Made by a program: the position numbers and the translations under genes. Shown in pieces: positions 35,901-48,700 of a stretch of DNA of 64,000 nt. The notes below the pieces were generated by a model, which had not been told where the DNA came from, searched no databases, and was given only the letters and a program-made list of their open reading frames with translations. This DNA comes from Tubiluchus corallicola (lineage: Eukaryota; Animalia; Priapulida): NCBI GenBank assembly GCA_030141605.1, contig JAQGDQ010000272.1, positions 186,001 through 250,000 on the forward strand, written 5' to 3'. The first letter of the stretch is position 1, and every line of letters starts with the position of its first letter.

Positions 35901-38900
35901 TCTAGTACAGACCGCTGTTATGCAAAAGTATAGAAAAACTGTCAGCAATTAATTTACAGAACTCCACATTATTGACTCTAAACCACTTACACATGCTGAT
36001 TAAACCACTAAACATAGCTGCTAACATGCAAGCTACACACGTCTCATCACATGCTGTTTGGATGTAAACAAAGTGACGGCCCGCCAACTAGTGGACAACT
36101 TGCGAAACAACCCGTGTCCGTAGTATGTGGGACTTTTTAACGGTCCAGATTTTGTCCGATTTTTCCAATATCCATAAAAGTGATGTCTGGCAAACCGAGA
36201 TATGAGTGTATGTTATCTGTTGATGAAATGAATAAATTAAAAAATAAAATAAAAAAATAGTAATATAATACTAGCTGACATACTTCCCAAGTAGTTAGCC
36301 TCTGTAAGAAGAAGTAAAGAGATGAGCCCCAACACAAAGTTGCCAGGCAAATGTAAATGAGTGGCATCAGTAAGATTTTCTCTTTTGATCGACACTGAAA
36401 TAAGAGAAGAACAAAAGTTAAAAACGAATAAAGCAACACGAGTCAATTGCATTGGTGACAGATAATCAGATTCACGCATAATAGGGTTGAGCATTCACTA
36501 CAAGAAAGCGAGTTTGAATCGAATCAAATTTGTGACTTTCGAACTGGAATTAAATCTAATTTCGGCATTTTGAAATCCGAGTCAGATTCGACATCAGTTT
36601 AAAAGATTTTCGCATGTCTAATAAAAAGTGGTCTAAGATCATCATGCATATTACTTGATTTTATTTTGTAGTAAAGACACTAATAATTTGTTTCAAAATT
36701 GTGCACAGATATCCAAGCTAAATTACGCTGATTGCATGATGTTTCAAACGTCTTAATGATGCAGAACACATGCAGTTGAAGTGCTGAATTAGCCAAATCT
36801 ATAATTTCAAATTCGAATCCAATTCAAACTGAAAAAAACTCTTTCGAATTCGAACCATCCACTTGAAAGTTCGAGGCTCGCCCCTAATGGACAACAATAA
36901 AAAATATATTTCAATCTCAACCTTTTTGCAAAAGATAAAAACATAAATACTTTTCAATTGTTCGTTTGACTGCAGTAGTAAAATAAGTTCTGGAAAATCT
37001 GGAAAATGCAGAGAACAATGCAGCGTTGATGTTCAACAATGCTGCAACTACGTGCAACTTTCTGCATGCAACAATCAGAACTAACCCGTACCTTCATGAT
37101 TATGTAGAAAAGTACATAAGCAAGTAAGTTGACTATCATTATGGACAGGAGGTACGACGCAAAATCTTTGGGACGTGTTACGAGTCCATAAACTGCACTG
37201 AAATATGACAAATAAAAAGGTCATGTTATTCAACTTTATGTTTTTTTGCTTTATGAGGCAATACAAACATTATTACATGCAAAGATAAATCATTCAGTTC
37301 TGCTGCTCACAAATTGTGAAACTCATTGTCCCTGCAATTACGCCTGATCAAGTCGCTTGATAATTTCAAAAAAGTCTGAAAACTTACTATTTTAATGAAA
37401 CCTCATGTAGCTTGAACTAAACTTACATTTTTTTACGATTGTGTATGTTTATGGCATTACTTTTATTATTTTACTAAATTTTTCGTGTTATTATTTTTCC
37501 TTTTTTTTGTAATATTCAATGTACTTTTAATCAATGGTTTTATATGTCATATGAATTAATTTTCTAGTAATTCTGATGATCTTTTATTTCTAAGATGCAT
37601 TTGATCATCATATAAATGCATTAAAAATATTTAAGAAATTACTAAATTATTATTATTTTTGGCATTGAATAAATTACAAATTGCTGAATTGACCTCCATA
37701 TCATGTAATAGCATCATGCTCAAAGCCATTGCTAAATAAAATAAGATATACGATACAATAAGTACATTTACAGTTTTCTATACTTACAAAGACCAGTTGA
37801 CTAGACATCCAAACAGCAACAAAATCATCCTATCCTAAAGTATAAACAAAGATGAAGCAAAAGTTCTGATGCACCAGTTTATATGCTCTTACTTCATACT
37901 TTATGTTAGGGTTTAACAATTAATAAATGTTTTGTAATTAAATACTTGTTAAACCCAATAAATTGTTGTTTTAAAGTATACTCAGGCAAGCTTACCATAT
38001 ACATAGGTTTTGAAGGCTGCAAGAATTCGTTCTTTAGCTGCAAGTATATACGGCGTAGAATTCCAAAATCTGTAAAAAGATAAACACATCTGTCAATATA
38101 TAACAAATCAAATAATAAGAGTAATCTATATATACATTCATAGAAAACAAATAACAAATCATTTAATGCATTTTAATGCCATTGTTACTGGAATACTAAT
38201 TAGTAAAATGAGAGAAAAAGTCTAACAAGACTTATAATGTAAGAATTACACCCAAAGCCTTGTGACTGCCAATCTAACATGTTAGCCATTGCACTAACAA
38301 GTCACACATAAACCTGTTACAGTAAAAGCCCAGCCTCACCAACAATTTTTAGCAAAAGTTTAAGGAACACGTATTGAAATGATATTACACTTGCTTTTGT
38401 AATATAATTGAGTAATTATATAAATAATTTAGGGATTTTACTTACACTAATTACTGTATACATGCAATTCAGCGGTCGGGTGGCCATTCACTGATGACGT
38501 CAAGGCAGGAAACTATAATACCTCATTTTACACACAAGAAACCATTGCTAGCCGCTTAATGAGAGTTTCCGGGTTGGGAACTTGGGCTATTTTGAACATG
38601 TATAACGTACAAAAAGTTGTACAACACAAAAACAAATTTCTGTGTTATCAACAGTTCAACATGCGACAGCTCGTCAGACAAGTCAGTACAATAGCTACAG
38701 TATCATTGACTACGTAAATACTGGCACAGACATCAGATAATGCTTTTTGGACAATCCTGCCGTGACGTCATTCACAATACGCAGCCAAAGTTTGGCGAGT
38801 GTAGATACAGTACCGCAAATATTCAAACTGATGAGGTCTAATGTGTTTTATTAATTAATTCACGTAGTTATGCGCATAAAAACTGGGGTATTTGATTTAA

Positions 38901-41900
38901 TTATTTCTTTTCTGCTTAACTTGTAGGTTTTCATAATTATAAAAGAAAGACTGGACAATTACTTTAGTAATTAGCTTACCTAACTTCCATCTTCCCATGT
39001 AGTAAATTTGTGCAGTAAGTGCTAAAGTCGCTACGAAATGGACAATGAAAAACAAGATCCAGAACCAGATGGTTCCATAGACCTGAAATGCAGGGAAAAC
39101 ATTAGAAACTAAACAAATATGCATTTTAGTAAATTAAAGAATTTCATTTTTCACTTTTAACAGCTTGTGTGTACGTCACCTGTAAACTGTAAACAAATTT
39201 GAAAATCAAAAAATGAGTCAAAAGTGGAATTCAAAATAGAAAAATTGTTACAAACACATTTATATATGTTTGTTGTTTCTCAAATTCTGTTTACATATTA
39301 TGATGTTCTAAATTTACTGAGTTACAAATTTCAATAAAACAAATTATTTCGTAAAAAGGTGTGTAACAGGCAAAGTAAACAAACATCACATGAACTTGCA
39401 TTTTCCAAGCGACAAGCTGGGAAGTTGAGAGCAGAATAGGGCAAAGGGACAGTTGAGCATTGTCACGTGTTTAACGACTGAAGTTAAGCATTGCTGAGTC
39501 TAGCATCAATAAATGGATGTGTGACCACCAGAAAAGCTGCATTTAGGTGGTTTAGTAATACTAAACTTGCGCATCACTTGGCTAAGTCCGAATGTACCTA
39601 TCTTAACATTCCTAAGACATCTTAACCATTCCAGTGACTTATCTTAGAAGATTATCCTTGATAACCAGACAAGTTCCAGCCCTGCCACACCATGTACAGT
39701 AAGTAAGTCCTGCCGTTGAGCACTGGATCCCAGCTTGCTAATGGATGTAGTTGTCGACTTACAACCAATGCAACATTACGACACGACCACAATTTGATTA
39801 GTTAAATATACAAAACTAATTGTAAACCATATTTCTTTCTTCTTTTTAAGTTGCTATCTTATATCGCTGTGTTGCGACAAATTCATCCGTAAGCACCATC
39901 GTGCTTAGTGTGCGTAAAACATACAACATCTTATGTGTAGGGCCACATCATTGAAATATACCGTCTGACTTGCATCTAAATCGTTTTACAGCCAATTTGC
40001 CGGAACCAGCCTGTACTGCCAAATTGTTAAAGAAATACCACTAAACCTACTGTATAGAAACATCTTTAACTGTTACTTATGCTTCATTATGAAATACAAT
40101 TCATAAGAATTTCTGTTGATATTTACTAAACCACACAATCACTTTTCACTGAAACATGAAACCATAGCAATACTTTACGACAGCATATCGACCAGCACGT
40201 GAGAAGCAAGAGTAACATACTAATATCTACAAATACATCTTACCACGCCGAGCACAGCCAGAAAGATGATAACGGCAAAAGCGGCAAACGCAGCATAAGC
40301 ATTGGCGTTGATGTCTGGATGACGATTCTGATAAATTTTCAACATGCACAGTCCTGCTATTATGTACATGAATGAAGTATCTACAAAATAATGCAAATAA
40401 CTAAATTAACCATTGAGATTAACAGATTATAGATATATTGAAGACTTGGACAATCATTTCAATAATGCACACGCACAGACAACATCATGTCAATGCATGT
40501 TTATTTAGTTTGCATTAAATTAAATTTTTAGAAAACTAATCAAGTTTCTAACTTTTTCACAGTATACTCATATCTCGATTTGCCGGATCTCACTTTTATG
40601 GATACCGGAAAAATTCAACAAAATCTGGAGCGTTTAAAGTCCCGCACACTACGGACACAGTCCGTTGTTTCGCGAGCTGACTACTAGTTCATGGGCTGTC
40701 ACTTTGTTTACATCATTACATCAGTGTAACCAAGCAGCGCATAATGACACGTGTGTAATTTGTACATCAGGAGCGACCCGTACTAGACATTTTTGAGACA
40801 ATTAGGTGATTGATTCTACATTACCGTGAGTCTAATACACGGCGCATACTGTATAAGCTTAGTATCAGTAAATATGGACAATCGTCAAATACTCTGCTTT
40901 TCTCCAGCAAACCAAGATATGAGTGTATTATGAATGAATTTATGCTATGCATGCCAAACTAGTAAAGACACGACATCATAGGATTACCACAAAACATTGG
41001 CATGCGAAATCTCAAGGATAATTAGTGACAGTTAATTCATTTAGCACAGTAGTCATAATCAAATCAAAAATGTTATTTTTACAAGACTGTTATCTACCTT
41101 CATATTTGCAAAAAATGCAAAAAAACGACTGAAACTTGGCCTGTCATTATATAACCCCAACAGACATTGAAGTTTCTTTAACACAGTATTATGATTATAC
41201 AAAGAATTCATAGTTTTTATTACACAAAAGAGACTTACAAATTAAATAACTTACTCTTTTCTGGTGAATTTTGAACGCGTGTATTGCTGTAAAGATCGCC
41301 ATTTTTCGTTCTTTGGCGCGAGTGAGTGAGAATGACGTACGAAGTACAGAAAGCGTCTTTGGTTACCGGTCTTTGGTGACCTCGTGACTGTAACCATAAT
41401 GTTAGTCATCTCGCGCAACGAAAAATGGCGGTTCATGAAACTGAATACCGCTAACAAGAAATTGATAAAAAATCAAAATAAACAAGCTTTACAGTAAGTT
41501 TATAATAAAATAAACTGAACATTTGAAATGGGAGTAGAATTTTTAGTTGAAAAAGCTTAATTTAAGGGTGTTGTTTTGTTTTGCTGGAAATTTTTTTGGC
41601 TACCTCATATGTACTGAACAGGGATACTTAGGGAATGACGATAAATGGAGGAAACGTGTGTGCACTTACCAAATTGAAAATTAGAATAACTTGGACACAC
41701 ATGATAGCAGCCACTGAGCAGCCCCTCCATTATCAGCGCAACACCCATTGCATAGAACAGGCCAAAATGTTTGGGGATGCCAAGATACAGCTCAGCATGA
41801 TCTTTTCTCTCCACAGCTTTCTGATGAATCAGGTCTCTAGAAAAATCAAGTACATTCATATCTCGGTTTGCCAGACCTTGCTTTTCCGGATATCGGAAAA

Positions 41901-42639
41901 TTCATACAAAATATGGTCCCACATACTACAGATTTATCGCGAGCTGGCCGCTAGTTGGCGGGCCATCACTTCCAAGCAGAGAGCAACGACATGTGTGTAG
42001 TTTGTATGTCAGCATGTTTAGTGGTTTAATCAGCATGTGTAAGTGGTTTAGAGTAAATTATACGGAGTTATTTAATTGCTGACAGTTTTTATATACTTTT
42101 GCGTGAATACTAGATATTTTTAAGACAATTAGACGATTTATGCCACGTTACCGTGAGTCTAATACACGGCGCCTACTGTATTAGCTTAGCAACGGTAAAT
42201 ACGGACAATAAACAAATTCGGGCCGACGTCTCCCCGCTTTTGTCCGGCAAACCGAGACATGAGTGTAGTTGGAGAAATGTGTATTGAAGAAAATAAAGAG
42301 TAATATCCCTGCAGGGACAAACATGTGGTAATGCTCAGAGAAAACTATCGATATTGAAACTACTTCTGTTCAACTTTTCGGGTAAATGTTAACCGGACAT
42401 CACAAAATGCAAATTTGTTATAAGGTGAAGCATTTCGAAGTAACGCACCGAGCTGTAAGTCTAAGCAAAATAAACTGTCTGTAAAATGTCATAAGTTACT
42501 CTATGTCACAAGTAGATTCCTTTTAAATTGCAACTGCCTAATTATCTTCATTGTGATTGGTTGTACAGTTTTTATCTCTTTTAACTCTATTGTGTAAAAA
42601 GCAATGAGATCTTCAGATTGAGTGCATTCTTAAGAATAA

Positions 42640-42688
<49 letters not shown>

Positions 42689-42714
42689 TATTATTATTAT
42701 TATTATTATTCTTA

Positions 42715-42747
<33 letters not shown>

Positions 42748-45700
42748 GAATTATCATTATTATTATTATTATTATTATTAAAACATCACCTGAACAAAAC
42801 TGTTGGCATTTACAAGAAAACGAAAATTTCTTTGACTGAGAAAGTGCTCGTGGCCTACGGGCGGTGCAATAACTTCAACACCAATTTATATCCAAAAACA
42901 ATTTTTCTGACTGTATCTAAAATAGGCACTATTACCTGAAGGGAGCCATGGGTTGTGGTTGAAATGACAGTGAATCAGAATAAAAATAAAATAAAACTTT
43001 ACTGTGCATGTCTTACGTCTCATAAGCAAGTTGTCTCACCTTCTGTAAACTAGTGCCAGGAATAAAAGTCCCAGCATGATGTAACCCAGATTGCTGAATA
43101 CATTATTGAACGCACTGAGCACACCGAGTGGTCGAGCACATAGGAAATTGTAATAACAGATGTCTTCGTTACCGGTAACATGAAGAACCTGGAAAATGTG
43201 AAATAAAACGAAATAAGAAAACCAAGAAATATTTGGCAACATTTAATACTTATAGTTGAAACACCAAAACTTTATTAAAACTTTAATTTACATAGCTAAA
43301 AATTATGTCAAAGCTACTGCTGTCATCATCAGCGGTAAATTTTTACAAACATACAACCAGTTTATATAGGCTGAGCCTACAGTATAGACCATTATGCATT
43401 AATTATGTGTTTAACAGAAGCTAAATATATAATGAATAAGCAGACCAGTAGATAAGAAACTTATACAGTAAATTAAGCACTAATTATATATTTGCAAAAA
43501 GCCAAATAGGTAATGATTAAGCAGACCCGTAAAAAACAAACTGATACAGTAACAAATAGCTAAGTTATATTTGTACATTTAATACTTGTTATATTTGCCA
43601 GTTTACAAAAGTACATGTACCCCAGACATGGACCTGATAATTTCGATATCTTGTTAATAACAACTTGTTTTTAGATGACATATTGATATATCAGACTATT
43701 TTCCCAATTCATTCAACAATGTGACATGATAATTTTTTATTGATTATTTGATCAGCTTAGATAAATAAGAATGATAACAATAGATAATCTATAAAACTCT
43801 TCCGAGACCAACTAAGAATATGGCAATACTGCAACAAGCCTCTTTGTTTAAAGAAAAAGCATGTAATGACTCTCGAATTGATATCACGCATTCACTGTAC
43901 ACAATTTGATGAAAATCGTGTTCCACCTACTGTGTTTTGTAGTTAACCATTAACCCGTTCACTAAATAATATATTCTAGGGCAGTTATCCTCGAACAACC
44001 AGAAACAAGTTAACTTCACAAGCACTTTATTACTAAAAATTTTAGCTACCCAACCTGGCAGTAGTGAAATGAAAAAATAAAATACTAGTACTGGCAATAT
44101 TAAAAGAAATCCTAAAAAATGTTTAGGCCGCAAAAACATATTTAAAGTCCCCACTAACTGCGCCAATTGATACTTTTACTGTCTAGAGTGATTCCAAACA
44201 AGCATAACAGGAATGCTGGATGACAGGCAGTGACCTGTTCGAGGATTTCGTTCTTTGCTGTCATCCATGGCACACAGTGGTAGACAAACAGTTGTACTAA
44301 ACATGGCTATATAATTTTCTGCTTACTCTTACTAATATATAAATATGCATATATTTGTATCTAACAAATAATAATAAATAAGTAAATAAAATTTTTGCAG
44401 TCAGCAACTGTAGAAACTTTTAGTTGACAGCACAAGAAGGACTGAATTTGTAGAAAGCTTGTAGTATATTAAACTGAAGTTAATGTGTACTGCTGTAGAC
44501 TGCAGTTCTGGCGGTTGAAACAAAGAATATGAAATTGTGCTTAACTGTGAAAGACTTTATTTCTGTTTACATATTGCACTATTATTTACAGCAAAGAAGA
44601 CACATGGTGACCATTCAACAGCAATGTTCAAGAAGAAAAACCCCAGTTGGCCTTGGCAGAGCTACCAAAGTCACATGCACTCAACGAGCTTACCTGATTG
44701 GCTAGTAAAACACACTAGCAATCAACACTATCACATAAGGGAAGCCCAACAGGTAAAGGTGACTGAGCAGCGCAGATCAAGGTCACAATCTGGATTAAAC
44801 TTGACTCATTTCAATAATAAGTAATTTTAAATATAGATGGCAGCACATATCAAATTATTATTGTAGTATAAATTAAGAATCACAACTGAAATGTGTGACA
44901 GCAACTAAGCATGTACTAACGGCAACCCTTCCATAAAAACATAATGTAATTTAACAATGGAAATTCAAGCCTTTTAGCAAATTGAACTAAAATCTTGAAA
45001 AGCTTCAAAATTTTACCTGTTGATATGTGACAACCAACTGGACTACAGGAAGTGAATAAAACACGGCAACAGTGATCAGGTTCCAATGATACAGCTTGTA
45101 CTTCCTTGTTAGAGCTCTTCTGTCTTTTCTTGACAAGTCAGCTACGTACAACATTGTCTAAAATACATTTATAACTGATTAACACGATTACAAAATACAT
45201 CAATTGCATAAATTATAAATTAAGCATACAAAGGCTAAGAAAACCTCATACACGCACATGTGAAAAGCTGCAGAGTGGTTAAAGAAAACCAGACAAATCT
45301 TAAACTATAGCTCAAAACAATCTACGCTATAAAATATCGAAAGAGAACGTACTGTTCTTTTTTCGAAAATGACTTCGGTGAAAGAATTATTACTAGAAAA
45401 ATGTAATTTCGTGTTCGCGTGACTAATTCTATGCTGTTACATCAGGGTTCCCACAGAATTTTAAAATAAATTTCCCTGACTTTTCGCTGACCAAATATTG
45501 ACTTTCCACGACCACGATAAGCAGAAATTGCATTACCAGTATACAAAAGTGTATGAACATTCAAAAATATACTGATATGTAATGTGTCGTCCAATCATTA
45601 TTTCTGGAACAGAAATCGAAACTGGGAGCCTGCCATAGCAAAATTTTATTTGAGCACGAATCCTGAGAAATATGTTTGGAAGAATATCAGTACGCAGTGA

Positions 45701-48700
45701 TTATTTTTGCAACCCTTTCCAATTTCCCTGACTTTTTGCCCCATTTTCATCATTTTTCCTGACTTTTGATCAAATTATCTTTTTTCCTGACTTTTCCATG
45801 ACTTTCCAGGATGGTCTGTATTTTCAAGGGTTTTCCCTGACCATGGGAAACCTGTTACATGCATTTCGCCATTTGCTAGTTAGATGGGCACTAGCACCTG
45901 CATTTCGGAAACACGTTGCACAAAACAAGTACTGTACTTCTCAGTTTAGAGGCGTTCAGTTGTGACATAGTGCACACGTTTGAGAGCTTGTGCATGAGCA
46001 CAGTTAAAAATTTGAAATTTATAAGTTGCCGAGTTTTTGTATATCACAGTGAATGTTGTATTGCTATACTTCAATATCTGCTTTCATAAACACGCACAAC
46101 GTCCTCAATGAATGTTATGCTGTTGAAAATTATGTTCGTTTGTGACATCATCACTAACTGGGCTTTAACCTATTATTTAATTATCAGAAACGCTTTGGCA
46201 TTATTATACGTGTTAAAACGTATACTTTTTACCATACTTCAAAATAGGGTAAGATATGAAAAATCAACCTATTTTCCTTTTAAACAAAGGTTTGACTGAC
46301 AGTTTGCGTTTTTTGTTGTATCGATTTGGTGCTTCTTCAATGAGTGTCATCACAAAAAAAACAATCTTTAGTGATCTTTCCCGCTCTTTGCTCTCTTCCT
46401 TCACTTAAAGAAAGTTAAGTTCACAACACCACATCACACCCACATCAACTTGTAAATCCTTTAGCACTGTGAGTGCGAGATGTATGTAGGCATACGCACA
46501 AAACGTGCAATCTGTCAGCTAGGTGGCGAGCTTAAACATTACAACACTTTTTATAAAACGTAATAATTTTTCACATTAAGGTTCATTATGCGATATGACA
46601 ATTTCACTTTTGGGAATCAAATCAGAGCCAGTCCTTCTGCATTCAAATCGCTTCCTATCTACAATTCTTTGACTTGCACTTTCATGTAAAGTCCAAAAAG
46701 ATCGAATATGATTTACAATGGCCACTCGATCACAAATAAAGGACCAGCAAAGTTGAAACTTAAGATAAAGAACAGACCGGGGTGTATAACAAAAGATTCA
46801 ATGCTGAGTAGTCAGTCCATCTAAATTAGAATATTTTACCTTTGTTCTAAACACATCCTTGTCGGTGTCGGCATCGGGTAGCATATCAATTTCCCCATCG
46901 TCAATGCTGCTGTCTGACTCCTCTCCAGGAGGTGATGACGTCACATGATGACTAGTTAGCGGACGGTCACTGGAATCCTGGGATTGCAAGAAATGATTAT
47001 AAATACGTGAAAATATGTGTAAAAAACATGCACTGCACTGCATTAAAAGCTTGCTTCTGAAAAGGAAGTTCAGTCGTTGCAGTTCATGGGACGGTTCCGG
47101 AATATTATAATACAAGATGGCATCAATGAGTAATCATAGCAATTTGAATAATTAGGAAGGAGGAAGAAGGAACTACTATACATGAAGGTTTTTTTAATAC
47201 ATTTTGTCATTTTGCAAGTTTGAATCAAGCTAGACCTTACAGAATTAAATACCACACAGAGAGAGATAGCTAATATGCACATTGAACAATACACCATCAC
47301 ACATTGTTTGCCATGCAAAAGACCATAGAAAGTCTATTACAACGTGGTGCCATTTATTGCCTCATTTTTTGGGCGGACTAGCTATCTCTCTCTGTTCACG
47401 TGGCATTTAAATCAAACGTGGGACCTACACTTTATGCATGTGGACACACCATGTGTGATAGAATAGTTCACTATAAAGAACAATGTAAGGTGAAGCATTG
47501 ACCAAGCAGGTGTGTCTTGGCCTTGCTTGAATGCACGTAATAGCTTCCTCAGTGAAAGAAATATCTGGGATCAGTCTGGTAGATGAGACAGCCCATAACC
47601 GGCTGTTACCCACTCATGTGATGATTAACTTCAGTAGTGTTAAACTTTGGTATCTACGATATCATATGATCACTTATCCATGACACCCATTAAATCAATA
47701 GTATAAGCTTTCGACATGAGTTTTCAAGCTTAGTTAAGTTGTGCTGTTTTAAGATAAAACTTCTATTGTTAAATTTTGCTACTAATAATTAATCCGTCTG
47801 CCAGCATTGAAAAATGAGAATCTTCTTATAATATACGAAATTAATTTGCCAATAAGCAAACATAGCACATTTTAAAATGCAATTTTCTGTAGCAAATTTC
47901 CTGAAAATGCCAAAAAATGACTACAAAATGCACAACAGTTTCGTAAATTGAAAACTAACAATGCCTTATTCAGGAATTCTTAAAATGACTTTTGATTGTC
48001 ATTTTCTTTACAGCAACTTATGTTCACGAAAAATAAAAAAAGATGAATTTAACAAAATAGGGATATTAAACTAACAGTTTTTAGGGTTAACTGGCTAAAC
48101 CAGTTAATTCAGAAAAGCAGGGCAAAAACAAACCAAAACAAGGTCTGTATTATTATTTAAATTTCAAACAAGGTTCCTAAACTGTTTTATCCATCTTCTT
48201 GTTTATTTATTTGACAATAACAAATCACATCTTCTCTTACTTGAGGCGGTTCAGTTCCATAATTAGTCTGAGGAGTTGACGAGCTGATGATTGGAGATTG
48301 AAGATTTCCGCCGGGGATTTCACCGCGCCGTCTTTTTCTGGAAAATATAATTTTGATAAAAATAGGTGTTTTTACGAAAATTTTAATCGGTAGTTCCATT
48401 TTCATTCCTAATCTGTTATTGCCGTACTTAAAAGAAAGTTTTCTAACTTCCGATCAGATCATGTCAAGAATTACAGTCTTTGAGTCAGTACAGTAATGAA
48501 ATTAAAATATACAAATCAACGAGCTAGTATAGGTTAACAAATAAAAATTAAATGCAGTGAAAGTAAAATCTGCATACAATCTATATCTGAATACTCAGAT
48601 GGCCAAGGGTCTTGAGACTGAGGCAACAACTAAGGAAGAATGTACTGTACTTACATGTTATGGAAACCAGAGAAGGCAATTAAGACACACAAGTTGATAA

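Noticed and set aside
42618-42839. Poly-Tyr/Ile ORF
   Set aside because: (TTA)n microsatellite.
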